In this document: positions 27,639 to 36,238 of the stretch, one piece after another
Layout of the letters: each line of letters begins with the position of its first letter
How positions within the stretch are numbered: the stretch's first letter is position 1
Source of the DNA: a virus
Length of the DNA stretch: 58,612 nucleotides
Virus record (IMG/VR): IMGVR_UViG_3300045988_050777
Direction: 5' to 3' (one strand)
Program-made: the position numbers and the translations under genes
Notes under the pieces: model-generated
The model's database searches: none
Told to the model about the DNA's origin: nothing
The model's input: only the letters and a program-made list of their open reading frames with translations

Positions 27639-28407
27639 ATTGAGATCTGTTGTTTAGTTTCTGAAAGAAATCCCCAAACGCATTGAGCATATCAACGGGC
27701 AACCTGTTGAAAGCCTCTTTGCGCATATCCTCTGGTATATCCCATTGCGCTTCTGCCATAGATCCTACTATTGCGCCTATGGTGTCACTATCCCCACCCC
27801 AAGAGATCGCCCGTCTTATGGCATCTTCAAAGGAGTTGCTTACACGGACTATTTTCAGACAAACGGGAACTGTACCCGGACACGTTTCATCAAACACGCC
27901 AGAGAAGTAATTGCTAAGCATAAAGCATGGGTAGTACCGATTCATTTCTCTTTCAAGTCCGGGCAGATTATGCGTTGTGCGCAGGTGAAAAATAGCGTGT
28001 GCAACGGCTACAGCACCTTTTATTCCCTCTGGATGGTTGTGTGTCACACTTGCAGTCTTTTCCGCTTCTGTCAGCACATCTTCCAGCCTATCAAATGCCC
28101 ATGCTACCGGGCTAACTCGCATTGCCGATCCATTCCCGAAACTATTGTACGGTTGCGGATCACTTGAAGCTATCCAACGGGCAAAGCTACCACCGTATGC
28201 TCCTTTGGGATTAGGGTATTTTCTGCACCAGTCAAGCAAGCTGCTTTTGTAGTCAGTGCCTTTTGTTATGGCATCCGCTATCGCAATGGTGCAAATGGTA
28301 TCATCCGTGAAAGTGCTTTCATCGGTGAACATTTCAAAATCGTATTTGTCTGTATTGTTGAACTCAAATCGTGATCCTACAATATCTCCAATAATCGCTC
28401 CTAACAT
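27628..28407 (-). CDS. ADP-ribosylglycohydrolase (ARH/DraG family)
   Basis: MLGAIIGDIVGSRFE, GNGSAMRVSP and GGDSDTIGAIVGSMAEA. The ATG at 28407 abuts the upstream stop (track ORF extends to 28455). Confidence 0.85.
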   Translation of the reverse strand: MLGAIIGDIVGSRFEFNNTDKYDFEMFTDESTFTDDTICTIAIADAITKGTDYKSSLLDWCRKYPNPKGAYGGSFARWIASSDPQPYNSFGNGSAMRVSPVAWAFDRLEDVLTEAEKTASVTHNHPEGIKGAVAVAHAIFHLRTTHNLPGLEREMNRYYPCFMLSNYFSGVFDETCPGTVPVCLKIVRVSNSFEDAIRRAISWGGDSDTIGAIVGSMAEAQWDIPEDMRKEAFNRLPVDMLNAFGDFFQKLNNRSQYGK

Positions 28408-28408
28408 A

Positions 28409-28699
28409 TCACTTGAAATTTTGATTATAATACCTTTCCGCCTGTATTCTGGCATACTTCGCTTTCCTGTATTTCATTCGGTAATACCATCTTGTGAGCC
28501 AGTACGAACAAACCAGCTTATCCATCCACTTTATTTCTTCAATATATGCTTCCGCAACGGATTGTTTCATAATAGAATCCATGAGTGCATTAAACTCCTT
28601 TCCAGTTTCAGCAATGCTTTTCGCAACCTCTTCAAATGCTCTGGATAACTCGTTTGCGGAATCCTCGCATATCTTTCTGATTGATTTCTCATCTTCCAT
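28409..28699 (-). CDS. Hypothetical protein
   Basis: Start MEDEKSIRK at 28699 abuts the upstream stop (track ORF extends to 28795). Confidence 0.4.
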   Translation of the reverse strand: MEDEKSIRKICEDSANELSRAFEEVAKSIAETGKEFNALMDSIMKQSVAEAYIEEIKWMDKLVCSYWLTRWYYRMKYRKAKYARIQAERYYNQNFK

Positions 28700-28700
28700 G

Positions 28701-28937
28701 TCACGCTCCTTTCCTTGATTGTTGTTTACGTTTGAGCTTCCCCATCCGAATAATACAATACTTGTTTGAGTATTCCCCATCGGAAAGATCCACATTCCAA
28801 AGGCTTTCTTTGGCTATTCCTACCAGCTTTTCCGGCAGTGTGTCATAGATTGCTGCCTTTGAGCCAAAGTAGTAGTGTTTCTTTCCGTTGTATGGCTCTC
28901 TTAGTTCTACATGGATAACCTTAAATTCCTGCTTCAT
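28701..28937 (-). CDS. Hypothetical protein
   Basis: ATG (MKQEFKV...) at 28937, preceded by a palindrome and a -7 box. The track ORF starts at a GTG at 28991. Confidence 0.45.
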   Translation of the reverse strand: MKQEFKVIHVELREPYNGKKHYYFGSKAAIYDTLPEKLVGIAKESLWNVDLSDGEYSNKYCIIRMGKLKRKQQSRKGA

Positions 28938-28943
28938 AATACT

Positions 28944-28965
28944 GTGTTTATTGAACGCAAATATA
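28944..28965 (-). promoter_or_regulatory. -7 box TATATTTG (minus strand) abutting a GTGTT-N5-AACGC palindromic element
   Basis: Plus strand GTGTTTATTGAACGC at 28944..28958 and CAAATATA at 28958..28965. Confidence 0.45.
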
Positions 28966-28990
28966 CGAATTATATTACATATAACAAACA

Positions 28991-29269
28991 CTAAGCACGA
29001 TCTTCAATAGATACAACCGTATAAAGCAAGGTTATCGGAGATATTCTGCACTGACCACCTACAATGTTTTTATCACGGAAGTATTCAACCAGCTTGCCTA
29101 TTACTTCATCCCTCATGTACTGTCTTTTGTCGAAATAGAAAGTTGCATTTCCGAAATTCCCAACGCCATAGAATGATTTACCGTTTTCCTTTTTGTCGAA
29201 AGGCAACAGTTCAAACAGTGATTTAATGCCGTTTACGGCTTCTTCTTTGGTAATGTTCTTAATATCCAT
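28991..29269 (-). CDS. Hypothetical protein
   Basis: 92-aa ORF in the leftward island. Confidence 0.45.
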   Translation of the reverse strand: MDIKNITKEEAVNGIKSLFELLPFDKKENGKSFYGVGNFGNATFYFDKRQYMRDEVIGKLVEYFRDKNIVGGQCRISPITLLYTVVSIEDRA

Positions 29270-29273
29270 AAGT

Positions 29274-29546
29274 TTATTTGTTTTTTGAGTTTAATTTACT
29301 TAGTAAAGTTACGTGCCTCTTCAACTCTTTATGTAGGTACTTGTTTTCATTTCGGAGTTCCTTAATTATATTGTTCCGTTTCTCCAGCTCCTCATTGTAT
29401 CGCTTCCGTTCAAATCCGGCAAATGTCAGGTTTCCCATATCTGTATCACAGGTGCAATCCCTAATATCTCCGCTATGAACTACAGACCAGCAATAAGGGA
29501 TTAAAACTTTCCCTAACTTCTCATCGTATATGTAGTGGCACTTCAT
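29274..29546 (-). CDS. Hypothetical protein (Cys-containing N-terminus, coiled-coil C-terminus)
   Basis: 90-aa ORF in the leftward island. Confidence 0.45.
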   Translation of the reverse strand: MKCHYIYDEKLGKVLIPYCWSVVHSGDIRDCTCDTDMGNLTFAGFERKRYNEELEKRNNIIKELRNENKYLHKELKRHVTLLSKLNSKNK

Positions 29547-29551
29547 ATATC

Positions 29552-29902
29552 CTACTTTGTTTCAAGTTCTGGTATCAAGTCTTTCACATACGCCCATCCC
29601 AAAACAACATTCTTCATCAATACGTAATTTTCTCCGAAGTTCACAGAATACCCATTCCCGTATGTTTTTCTGCATTCAAATAATACAAGCTGATTCTTAT
29701 CCGGCTTTTCGCTTGCATCGTGCCACACAGAGTTAATGCGCCATTCAGCACCCCTTGTGAAAGCATAAACACCTACTTCATCTGTAGCATGAATACTGCC
29801 AGCATCGTAGTTATCTTCTTCGTAGTTTACATCAAAATGGTTTTCAGCAATCAAGTTATCGGTAAACTCTCTTGCAGCCTTTTCTATCTGTTCCTGTTTC
29901 AT
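29552..29902 (-). CDS. Hypothetical protein
   Basis: 116-aa ORF in the leftward island. Confidence 0.45.
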   Translation of the reverse strand: MKQEQIEKAAREFTDNLIAENHFDVNYEEDNYDAGSIHATDEVGVYAFTRGAEWRINSVWHDASEKPDKNQLVLFECRKTYGNGYSVNFGENYVLMKNVVLGWAYVKDLIPELETK

Positions 29903-30099
29903 TCTTCTAATGTGTTATAAGTTTCTACACTATGCAACCGATCTTTTATTAGCCGGAAAAACTCTCTGCTCTTGTGTGATATGTTCCACCTAAATGTAGG
30001 GGCTGTTTGCCATTCTGAATTTTCGGGCGCATCCTCATAGGTGAATACAGCCCATTTGTCGGCAAAAAGTATCTGGATCATTGCTTTTATCTTTCTCAT
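29899..30099 (-). CDS. Hypothetical protein
   Basis: 66-aa ORF with a 4-nt overlap to the downstream gene. Confidence 0.4.
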   Translation of the reverse strand: MRKIKAMIQILFADKWAVFTYEDAPENSEWQTAPTFRWNISHKSREFFRLIKDRLHSVETYNTLEE

Positions 30100-30100
30100 G

Positions 30101-30262
30101 TCAGAATACTATGTTAAACGGTTTGTTTCTCAAAGTAGGCAGTTTGCTAACCACAAATTCGGAAAGCTCTTCTATATCCAGAGGAAAAGCCGGGCAATAC
30201 CTGTATCGCAATGTGGCAACAAATCTGCCTTTGAGCATCACATCAATAAACAGTGTTTTCAT
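30101..30262 (-). CDS. Small hypothetical protein (53 aa, below the ORF-track cutoff)
   Basis: MKTLFIDVMLKGRFVATLRYRY... Its stop lies 1 nt from the next gene's ATG. Confidence 0.35.
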   Translation of the reverse strand: MKTLFIDVMLKGRFVATLRYRYCPAFPLDIEELSEFVVSKLPTLRNKPFNIVF

Positions 30263-30313
30263 GCCTCTATTATCTTAGTTATATATTAGTTTTATAGTTT
30301 TATGAATATCTCC

Positions 30314-30372
30314 GTTACTCTATTAGTTACTTCTCTCGTACTTTATCAGTTACTCTATCAATTACTCTGTTA
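30314..30372. repeat. Five tandem 11-12-bp repeats (consensus GTTACTCTATNA), candidate centromere-like or regulatory site
   Basis: GTTACTCTATTA / GTTACTTCTCTC / GTACTTTATCA / GTTACTCTATCA / ATTACTCTGTTA, directly 3' of the ParA-like gene. Confidence 0.7.
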
Positions 30373-30387
30373 AATTTTGATATGGTA

Positions 30388-31635
30388 CTAATTGATCCAT
30401 TCATTATAAATGTCCTCCCAATTATCAAGTAATCCAACTCTTGCCCCAAAAACATTATAACAACATTCTACTGTTTCTTTTGGCGGTAAATATCTACCAT
30501 CGCTTAACATGATATATCCCTCGTTTATTTGTTGTTGTAGCAATTCCATATCTACTGGCATAACTTCATCCGGGAACAAAACAACATTACCCTTACTTGT
30601 TTGATAACTTACTCTCGGTATTTCATAATGGTATCTCTGACCTGTAAGCAATGAGCATATACCTATCTCGCCTGTGATAAGATGAACTTCCGTATTAGGA
30701 GCATTTATTACCATAAAATATGCGTTCTCATCATTCTTAAAATGATTTACCGTTCTACCCACAATTTTTGTATCGCATTTATCAATCCTTGCATCAAATT
30801 TGAATCCTGTATCATCGTGGTTTAATATATAATGTCGTACATGTTCCCATGTCCTAACGGATAAAAATTTGGGTGCTGGAAGATTTAGTGTTTTTTCAGT
30901 TCCATCATCATATTTAAGTTCATGCTGAACGTAACTACTCCGTGAACCAGTAAGGCACATTTCAACAATATCAAAACTCTCATCATATCCATTTTCTGTA
31001 GAGTATTCTTCAAGTACAACGCTTTCACTTGAAACTACTTCATCAATTATCTTTTGAAATTCTTCTTTTGCATTATGAAGCAAATTCCCGGTATTCATTT
31101 TGTCCTGCATGGGGATTTGTGCAACAAGTTTTATCGGATATTCCCTTTTCTCGTTATCATAGCACATGTTTTCTACAATACCGCATTTTACATTTCCGCA
31201 TTTTTCGTGAAAGAAATTCATTGTTCGTATCACGTCTTTTGTGCTTAATTTTGTTGGCTGTGTTACAAACACTACATAGCTAACTTTTATTCTACTAAGC
31301 AACTCTATGTGAACATTTGTAACACTCGGTGGAGTATCTATAAGAACGAAATCAGGGTTAATAAGCCGGAGTTTCTTTTTTGCCAGTTCGAGATACTGCC
31401 TTACCATAGACTTTTCCAGATATATAAAGTTATCAAACATATTTCCAGAAGAATGAATCCAAATGTTATCTTCCGGGTGATCTCCAGAAAATTCTGTATT
31501 CATAGAGGGGGTATTTATATCTGCATCTATGATAAAAACTTTATTGCCTTGCTCTGCAAATAACCTTGCAATATTGGCTGTTGTAGTAGTCTTTCCTACT
31601 CCACCCTTACCTGAATAAACAATAATTGCTTTCAT
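30388..31635 (-). CDS. ParA/MinD-family P-loop ATPase with a ~220-aa C-terminal extension of unknown function
   Basis: Deviant Walker A SGKGGVGKTTT at residues 8-18. IIDADINTPS and VLIDTPP motifs. No motif recognised in the C-terminal half. Confidence 0.7.
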   Translation of the reverse strand: MKAIIVYSGKGGVGKTTTTANIARLFAEQGNKVFIIDADINTPSMNTEFSGDHPEDNIWIHSSGNMFDNFIYLEKSMVRQYLELAKKKLRLINPDFVLIDTPPSVTNVHIELLSRIKVSYVVFVTQPTKLSTKDVIRTMNFFHEKCGNVKCGIVENMCYDNEKREYPIKLVAQIPMQDKMNTGNLLHNAKEEFQKIIDEVVSSESVVLEEYSTENGYDESFDIVEMCLTGSRSSYVQHELKYDDGTEKTLNLPAPKFLSVRTWEHVRHYILNHDDTGFKFDARIDKCDTKIVGRTVNHFKNDENAYFMVINAPNTEVHLITGEIGICSLLTGQRYHYEIPRVSYQTSKGNVVLFPDEVMPVDMELLQQQINEGYIMLSDGRYLPPKETVECCYNVFGARVGLLDNWEDIYNEWIN

Positions 31636-31832
31636 TTATTTTCTGATTCTAATTGTTTTTTGTACTGATCGTATATCTTATACGCTTCTTCCATTTCACA
31701 GTGAGTAATAGCGCATATAGAAGCCATTGCCGGAAACTTATCTTTGTATATTTCAACTATTCTCCTTATATGTACTTCATCTGGAGTATTTACCCATTTT
31801 ATTATATGTTGTTCAAATTCAGGGCTTATCAT
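31632..31832 (-). CDS. Hypothetical protein
   Basis: 66-aa ORF with a 4-nt overlap to the ParA-like gene. Confidence 0.4.
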   Translation of the reverse strand: MISPEFEQHIIKWVNTPDEVHIRRIVEIYKDKFPAMASICAITHCEMEEAYKIYDQYKKQLESENK

Positions 31833-32010
31833 TACAAACCTCCTTTCTTGCTATGTGCACACCTCTGGTATAGTTCCGCTCTACCTTGCGCAGATCATCA
31901 TACTTGCTTTGTGCAGCCGTTTTCAACACTCTGGGCTTTTCTCCTACCCATTCCGCTTTTACACCCTGCTCTCTTAGGGCATCCATTATTGCATCTTTCA
32001 GTATTCCCAT
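31819..32010 (-). CDS. Hypothetical protein
   Basis: 63-aa ORF in the island. Confidence 0.35.
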   Translation of the reverse strand: MGILKDAIMDALREQGVKAEWVGEKPRVLKTAAQSKYDDLRKVERNYTRGVHIARKEVCNDKP

Positions 32011-32018
32011 ATCCGTAG

Positions 32019-32321
32019 TTATTCGTTGTAGATCAATCGCATTATTCCAAGATTAACGGCATTGACTATTGCAATGCGCTTGTAGTACCGTTCACACGCC
32101 ACTTTGAAGCCGCCACACCAAGCTGTTTTTGCTTCGTATTGGGCTATTATGTTCTTTTCCACCTGTTCCAAGTCTGTAGCTGGAAAGGCTTCACCTATGC
32201 GTATCTGGTCGTTCTTATCGTGCTGTAGCACTCTGATGTAAATTGGATTATTCATATTCGATGTTGCATTTTGTTGGTTAAGGGTGGGTTTCCCCACCCG
32301 TTTTGTTATTGTCTTGCCCAC
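32019..32321 (-). CDS. Hypothetical protein
   Basis: 100-aa ORF. The true start may be the internal ATG at 32255. Confidence 0.4.
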   Translation of the reverse strand: MGKTITKRVGKPTLNQQNATSNMNNPIYIRVLQHDKNDQIRIGEAFPATDLEQVEKNIIAQYEAKTAWCGGFKVACERYYKRIAIVNAVNLGIMRLIYNE

Positions 32322-32680
32322 TCTTCAAAGGCTCTATAGTAACTATGTCTGATAAACAGCATATCGCCTGAACCATCACCCCACCAGTCGTTACAGTGGG
32401 AAATATATCTGCCTGTCTGGTTTCGGTTTGCCGGGCATAGCTTTTTGTAGATTGATCGGAACATTGCGGCAACCTTTCTACCCGAAAAATGCCCGGCTTC
32501 TTTTGCATCATTGGTACAATAGCCATACATTCCGACTGTTTCTATATTCCCGTTCTCATCCAGAAATTCCATATCTGCATCACCCCATGCACCATAGTTG
32601 ATAGTGTCTTTCAATAGCTGCTGTTGTTCCTCTGTGAGAACTGATACAATTTCCTGTACTTGTTTAATCGTTGCTTCCAT
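32306..32680 (-). CDS. Hypothetical protein
   Basis: 124-aa ORF in the island. Confidence 0.45.
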   Translation of the reverse strand: MEATIKQVQEIVSVLTEEQQQLLKDTINYGAWGDADMEFLDENGNIETVGMYGYCTNDAKEAGHFSGRKVAAMFRSIYKKLCPANRNQTGRYISHCNDWWGDGSGDMLFIRHSYYRAFEEWARQ

Positions 32681-32732
32681 ATCTTTTTGTTTTTAAGTTA
32701 TTCATTATTAGGTGCGTCTTTGCGCTCATAAT

Positions 32733-33098
32733 CTATTTTCTTAGAATGTTGTCCAATAACTCTTTATCGGCATCCCAAAGGTTATATCCTCTGGCAATCT
32801 TGCGCCTTAGATATTCCCTTTCACCTATCATGGCGATTGCTTTTTCTCGCAAGTCTGATGCACTCCATTTTTCAGCCTGATCAATCAGGAAGTTTGCAAG
32901 GCTCTTGCGCTCTTCGTACAGTTCACGAACCAGCACCGTTTTCACCTCAATCTCTCTTAGTGCATCCGGGTTTTCCACCCACAACTTACAGAACTGATCT
33001 TTGTCAAGGTCTGTTTTCATATAGCTTTCTTCTATCTTAGAGTAGCTATCATCTTGTACCTTTAATCCCGTTCTCTCTTCAAATTCTTTTTTAGTCAT
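32733..33098 (-). CDS. Hypothetical protein (first gene of the leftward island)
   Basis: 121-aa ORF downstream of the minus-strand -7 box. Confidence 0.45.
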   Translation of the reverse strand: MTKKEFEERTGLKVQDDSYSKIEESYMKTDLDKDQFCKLWVENPDALREIEVKTVLVRELYEERKSLANFLIDQAEKWSASDLREKAIAMIGEREYLRRKIARGYNLWDADKELLDNILRK

Positions 33099-33135
33099 AT
33101 CCGAAATCTTTTTAATGTTGCTATTCTTGTTATGT

Positions 33136-33162
33136 GTGTTCCTTAAACACAGTGCAAATATA
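33136..33162 (-). promoter_or_regulatory. Minus-strand -7 box TATATTTG with a GTGTT-N5-AACAC palindrome 4 nt downstream
   Basis: Plus strand GTGTTCCTTAAACAC at 33136..33150 and CAAATATA at 33155..33162. Confidence 0.5.
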
Positions 33163-33269
33163 GTGTGTTATTTGTAATATACCAAATAATTTGCGGAGAT
33201 TTTTTCTGTAAAATTCTAACTTATTTTCTAACACACAGAAAATAAATACATTAACCAAGTAAATTTTCT

Positions 33270-33312
33270 GTGTTCTATGAACACATTTCTACGGAATTAT
33301 TTTCTATATTTG
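33270..33312 (+). promoter_or_regulatory. Perfect palindrome TGTGTTC-TAT-GAACACA upstream of -7 box TATATTTG (head operon promoter)
   Basis: GTGTTCTATGAACAC at 33270..33284 and TATATTTG at 33305..33312. ATG at 33359. Confidence 0.5.
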
Positions 33313-33358
33313 CAGTCGTAGAAGTCACATATTAACGGACTATAAATGCAATTCAAGT

Positions 33359-33976
33359 ATGAATAAGAAACTCTTTGAAAAAGTAAAAGGCTTGTGTAAG
33401 GACACTGGTCTATCGGAGAAGTACCTTAAAGCGATAACCGAAAAAATGGGTGGCAGCATTGAGGATGATTCGACCGATGATGCGGCGATTGAAACAACGG
33501 CAAACCTGATAGCGGACGTTGCTAAGGAAAGTCAAGGTGAAGCTACCAGATGGGCTAACAAGAAAAAGGATGATCCGAACAAAGGCGGCAAAGGCGGTGA
33601 AGATGATGATCCCGACAAAAAAGGGAACAAAGGCGGAACTGATGATGCTGATGATAAAAAGGATGATCCGAATGAGAAGCGGATTAAGGCTTTGGAAGAT
33701 GAGTTGGCTAAAATGAAAGCTGGCGAAAGCAAGGCAAAACGCATGGCAGAAATCAACGCTGCTATGGCAAAGCACAACATTCCGGCTAAGTTCCGTGACC
33801 GTTTCGCCAAATCCATTTCTGATGATGAGGATGTGGAAGAGGCTGTAACAACTCTCAAACAAGACTTCATTACGGCAGGTCTGGTTACTGATGATTCAGA
33901 GGGTACAAAGGCGGCAAGCGAAAAACAGATAGATGAGGCTGCGGATAGCTTGCTGGAATCAATCACAGTTAAATAA
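33359..33976 (+). CDS. Putative scaffolding protein
   Basis: Acidic, K/D/G-rich 205-aa protein upstream of the capsid genes. Confidence 0.5.
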   Translation: MNKKLFEKVKGLCKDTGLSEKYLKAITEKMGGSIEDDSTDDAAIETTANLIADVAKESQGEATRWANKKKDDPNKGGKGGEDDDPDKKGNKGGTDDADDKKDDPNEKRIKALEDELAKMKAGESKAKRMAEINAAMAKHNIPAKFRDRFAKSISDDEDVEEAVTTLKQDFITAGLVTDDSEGTKAASEKQIDEAADSLLESITVK

Positions 33977-33984
33977 TTATCGCA

Positions 33985-34623
33985 ATGAAAAGGAAAACCC
34001 ACTCATTTACAGGGGAACGCCCGATATTTACGGGTAGTCCCTCTATTGTGCAAGGCGGTTTCAATCTGGATGTTGCCAAACAGCGTTTCAATGTTGGCGA
34101 TATGATTCCGGCTGGAACACTTGCGATCTATGATGAGCAAACCCGGCTTGTTAGCGTGTTGAAAACCGCTAAGGTGGTTGAGGTAGATAGCGATGATAAG
34201 AAGATTGTCCGCCTTTTGGTGGATGAGTTCTACGCTCCGATCTTCGCTGTTGGTGATAAGGTAGCTAAGGCTGGTGCTATCTCTGGCACTTTTGCCTCTG
34301 CTGTTTCCATTACCAAGATTGAAGAAAAGAACGAGAACTATGTTATCACGCTCTCTGGTGAGATCTCCGGGCTTGCAAAGGATGATGTGCTGGTGGAGGT
34401 GGTAGAGAAATCTTCCAATGCCGCTGAAATCGGTGAGGCAAACGCTGTAACTATCTACGATGTGGATGTGAAAGAGTTTGAAACTGGTATTGACGTATCG
34501 GCTGACACGATGCAATACGCAATGTATGAAAGGCGTGTTCCGCCTATCCCGGCAAGCCAGAAAGATGCTACAGGCAAGTTCCTGAAAGCAAATCCACACG
34601 TTAAACTCACTCAATCATTCTAA
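33985..34623 (+). CDS. Head-associated protein (possible decoration protein)
   Basis: 212-aa ORF between the scaffold and the major capsid gene. Called on position only. Confidence 0.35.
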   Translation: MKRKTHSFTGERPIFTGSPSIVQGGFNLDVAKQRFNVGDMIPAGTLAIYDEQTRLVSVLKTAKVVEVDSDDKKIVRLLVDEFYAPIFAVGDKVAKAGAISGTFASAVSITKIEEKNENYVITLSGEISGLAKDDVLVEVVEKSSNAAEIGEANAVTIYDVDVKEFETGIDVSADTMQYAMYERRVPPIPASQKDATGKFLKANPHVKLTQSF

Positions 34624-34640
34624 AGAAAGGAGGCTAACGT

Positions 34641-35876
34641 ATGAAATCAATTTATTCAAAACTCAAAGGGCTGTACAAGGATGGCAGACCTATTGACTTT
34701 CTGGCAACGTGGCGCAAGGCTTTCGACAAGGCTTCTGAAAGAGAAGTAGCCTTGTTCCAGAAGATGTATTCCGATAACTGGTTTACCTACAATACCCCTC
34801 AAATGTCGCTGACAGCGGAGGGTATCATGGGTAAGTATCGGCTTCGTTTCATGGCTACGCTGTTGGCTGATGAATCACCTACCCCTCAAAGACGCTCTGA
34901 CGGCTTCGATATTTGGACTAAGGAGATCCCCCGTGTGGGACACAAGTTCTTTATGTCCGCCCGTACCTATCGCAAGCTGATGGAAGTGTACGAGAATCCC
35001 CGTCTTTCGGATGCTCAAAAGGTTAGGGAGATTGAAAAGACACTCAAAGCCGATTTGCAGGATGCCTATCTGGGCTGCAAAGATGTCATGGACTTCATTG
35101 CGCTTATGGCATTCTCCAACTGGGGTGTCGCACAGTTCAAACCAGCTATCAACAATCCGGGCGGTCGTGAGTTCGAGATTGATTACCGCATGGATGAGGC
35201 TAACAAGCTCATTTCGGCTTTCAACTGGACTACGGCAAACACCAAGGCAGGAAAGGTTAAACCCGTGCTGATGCTTGCCGCTCTGTGTGCGGAGCTTCGC
35301 CAGAGAGGTATTGAGCCGGGCGAAATCCTGATGTCGCAAGATCTGTACTACTGGTTGCGTATGGATCAAACCACACGCTTGCTGGTACACGGTAACGACA
35401 AACAGGCTCAAACCGTCACCAAAACCGAACTGGAAACCCTTTTGGGTGAAAACGAAATCCCGAATGTTACGGTTATTACCCGTAAGATGGGACAAGATAA
35501 GGACGGTAAGCGTGGATCTGTTGAGCCGTGGAATCACAACTTTATCTGTATCAAGCCAGCCGGAGTTATCGGTGAAATCCAGCCGTCTATTGAGGACAGC
35601 GAACTCATGGAAGAGGACGATGTGGACTACATGAACGCTGGTAACGGAATCCGTATCGCCAAGTGGCGTACTGGTGAATCCACTGGTCAGGTAGCAGGTG
35701 AAGTTACGCAAGGATCTGGACGCTTGCTGCCTATCATTACGGATATTAATGCCATTATCTGTATGCAGGTAAGAGGCATTTCCGAAAAGACGATCCCGGC
35801 AGATGCCAACGGAAACGAGCGTATGTATTGCACCAAGCAGGAGTTTGAGGGCATTGATGCTCTTATGGAGGGCTAA
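34641..35876 (+). CDS. Major capsid protein
   Basis: 411 aa. Called on position after the scaffold and on size. Confidence 0.65.
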   Translation: MKSIYSKLKGLYKDGRPIDFLATWRKAFDKASEREVALFQKMYSDNWFTYNTPQMSLTAEGIMGKYRLRFMATLLADESPTPQRRSDGFDIWTKEIPRVGHKFFMSARTYRKLMEVYENPRLSDAQKVREIEKTLKADLQDAYLGCKDVMDFIALMAFSNWGVAQFKPAINNPGGREFEIDYRMDEANKLISAFNWTTANTKAGKVKPVLMLAALCAELRQRGIEPGEILMSQDLYYWLRMDQTTRLLVHGNDKQAQTVTKTELETLLGENEIPNVTVITRKMGQDKDGKRGSVEPWNHNFICIKPAGVIGEIQPSIEDSELMEEDDVDYMNAGNGIRIAKWRTGESTGQVAGEVTQGSGRLLPIITDINAIICMQVRGISEKTIPADANGNERMYCTKQEFEGIDALMEG

Positions 35877-35879
35877 ACT

Positions 35880-36236
35880 ATGAAACTGGTAGTATTAAAG
35901 CCTTTCAGAGATAAGAATGATCACCAGACTATTTACAAGTCTGGCGATCTTCTTACCACAAACGACCTAAGCAGGGTAAACGACCTTGTGAAGCGTGGTA
36001 TGTGTGAGATTACTTCTGTTGATGATGGGAATGATGAAAAGGCTGATGAGAAGAAGCCTGAAACAATCTCATTCCAGCAGAAAGAATACGGACTTGATGA
36101 GGTGAAAGCAGCACTTGAAGAAATCGGCAATCCAGCCGCCAAGAATGCCGGAGTAAAAGGCGTTTCCAAGAAGCTGGATGAACTGACGGAAGAGCAAGCC
36201 GCTTCACTCTCTGAAATTCTTAACAAGGAGGTCTAA
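35880..36236 (+). CDS. Hypothetical head-associated protein
   Basis: 118-aa ORF in the structural operon. Confidence 0.45.
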   Translation: MKLVVLKPFRDKNDHQTIYKSGDLLTTNDLSRVNDLVKRGMCEITSVDDGNDEKADEKKPETISFQQKEYGLDEVKAALEEIGNPAAKNAGVKGVSKKLDELTEEQAASLSEILNKEV

Positions 36237-36238
36237 AG

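Noticed and set aside
30388-31635. Calling the ParA-like gene together with ParB-like 15067..15873 a classical parAB operon
   Set aside because: The two genes are 15 kb apart on opposite strands and in different transcription units. ParB-like nuclease-domain proteins are common in phage early regions without any partition role.
34003-35711. Minus-strand ORFs 34003..34614 (203 aa) and 34875..35711 (278 aa)
   Set aside because: They are antisense to the head protein and major capsid genes in a uniformly plus-strand late operon, with no independent promoter or terminator.
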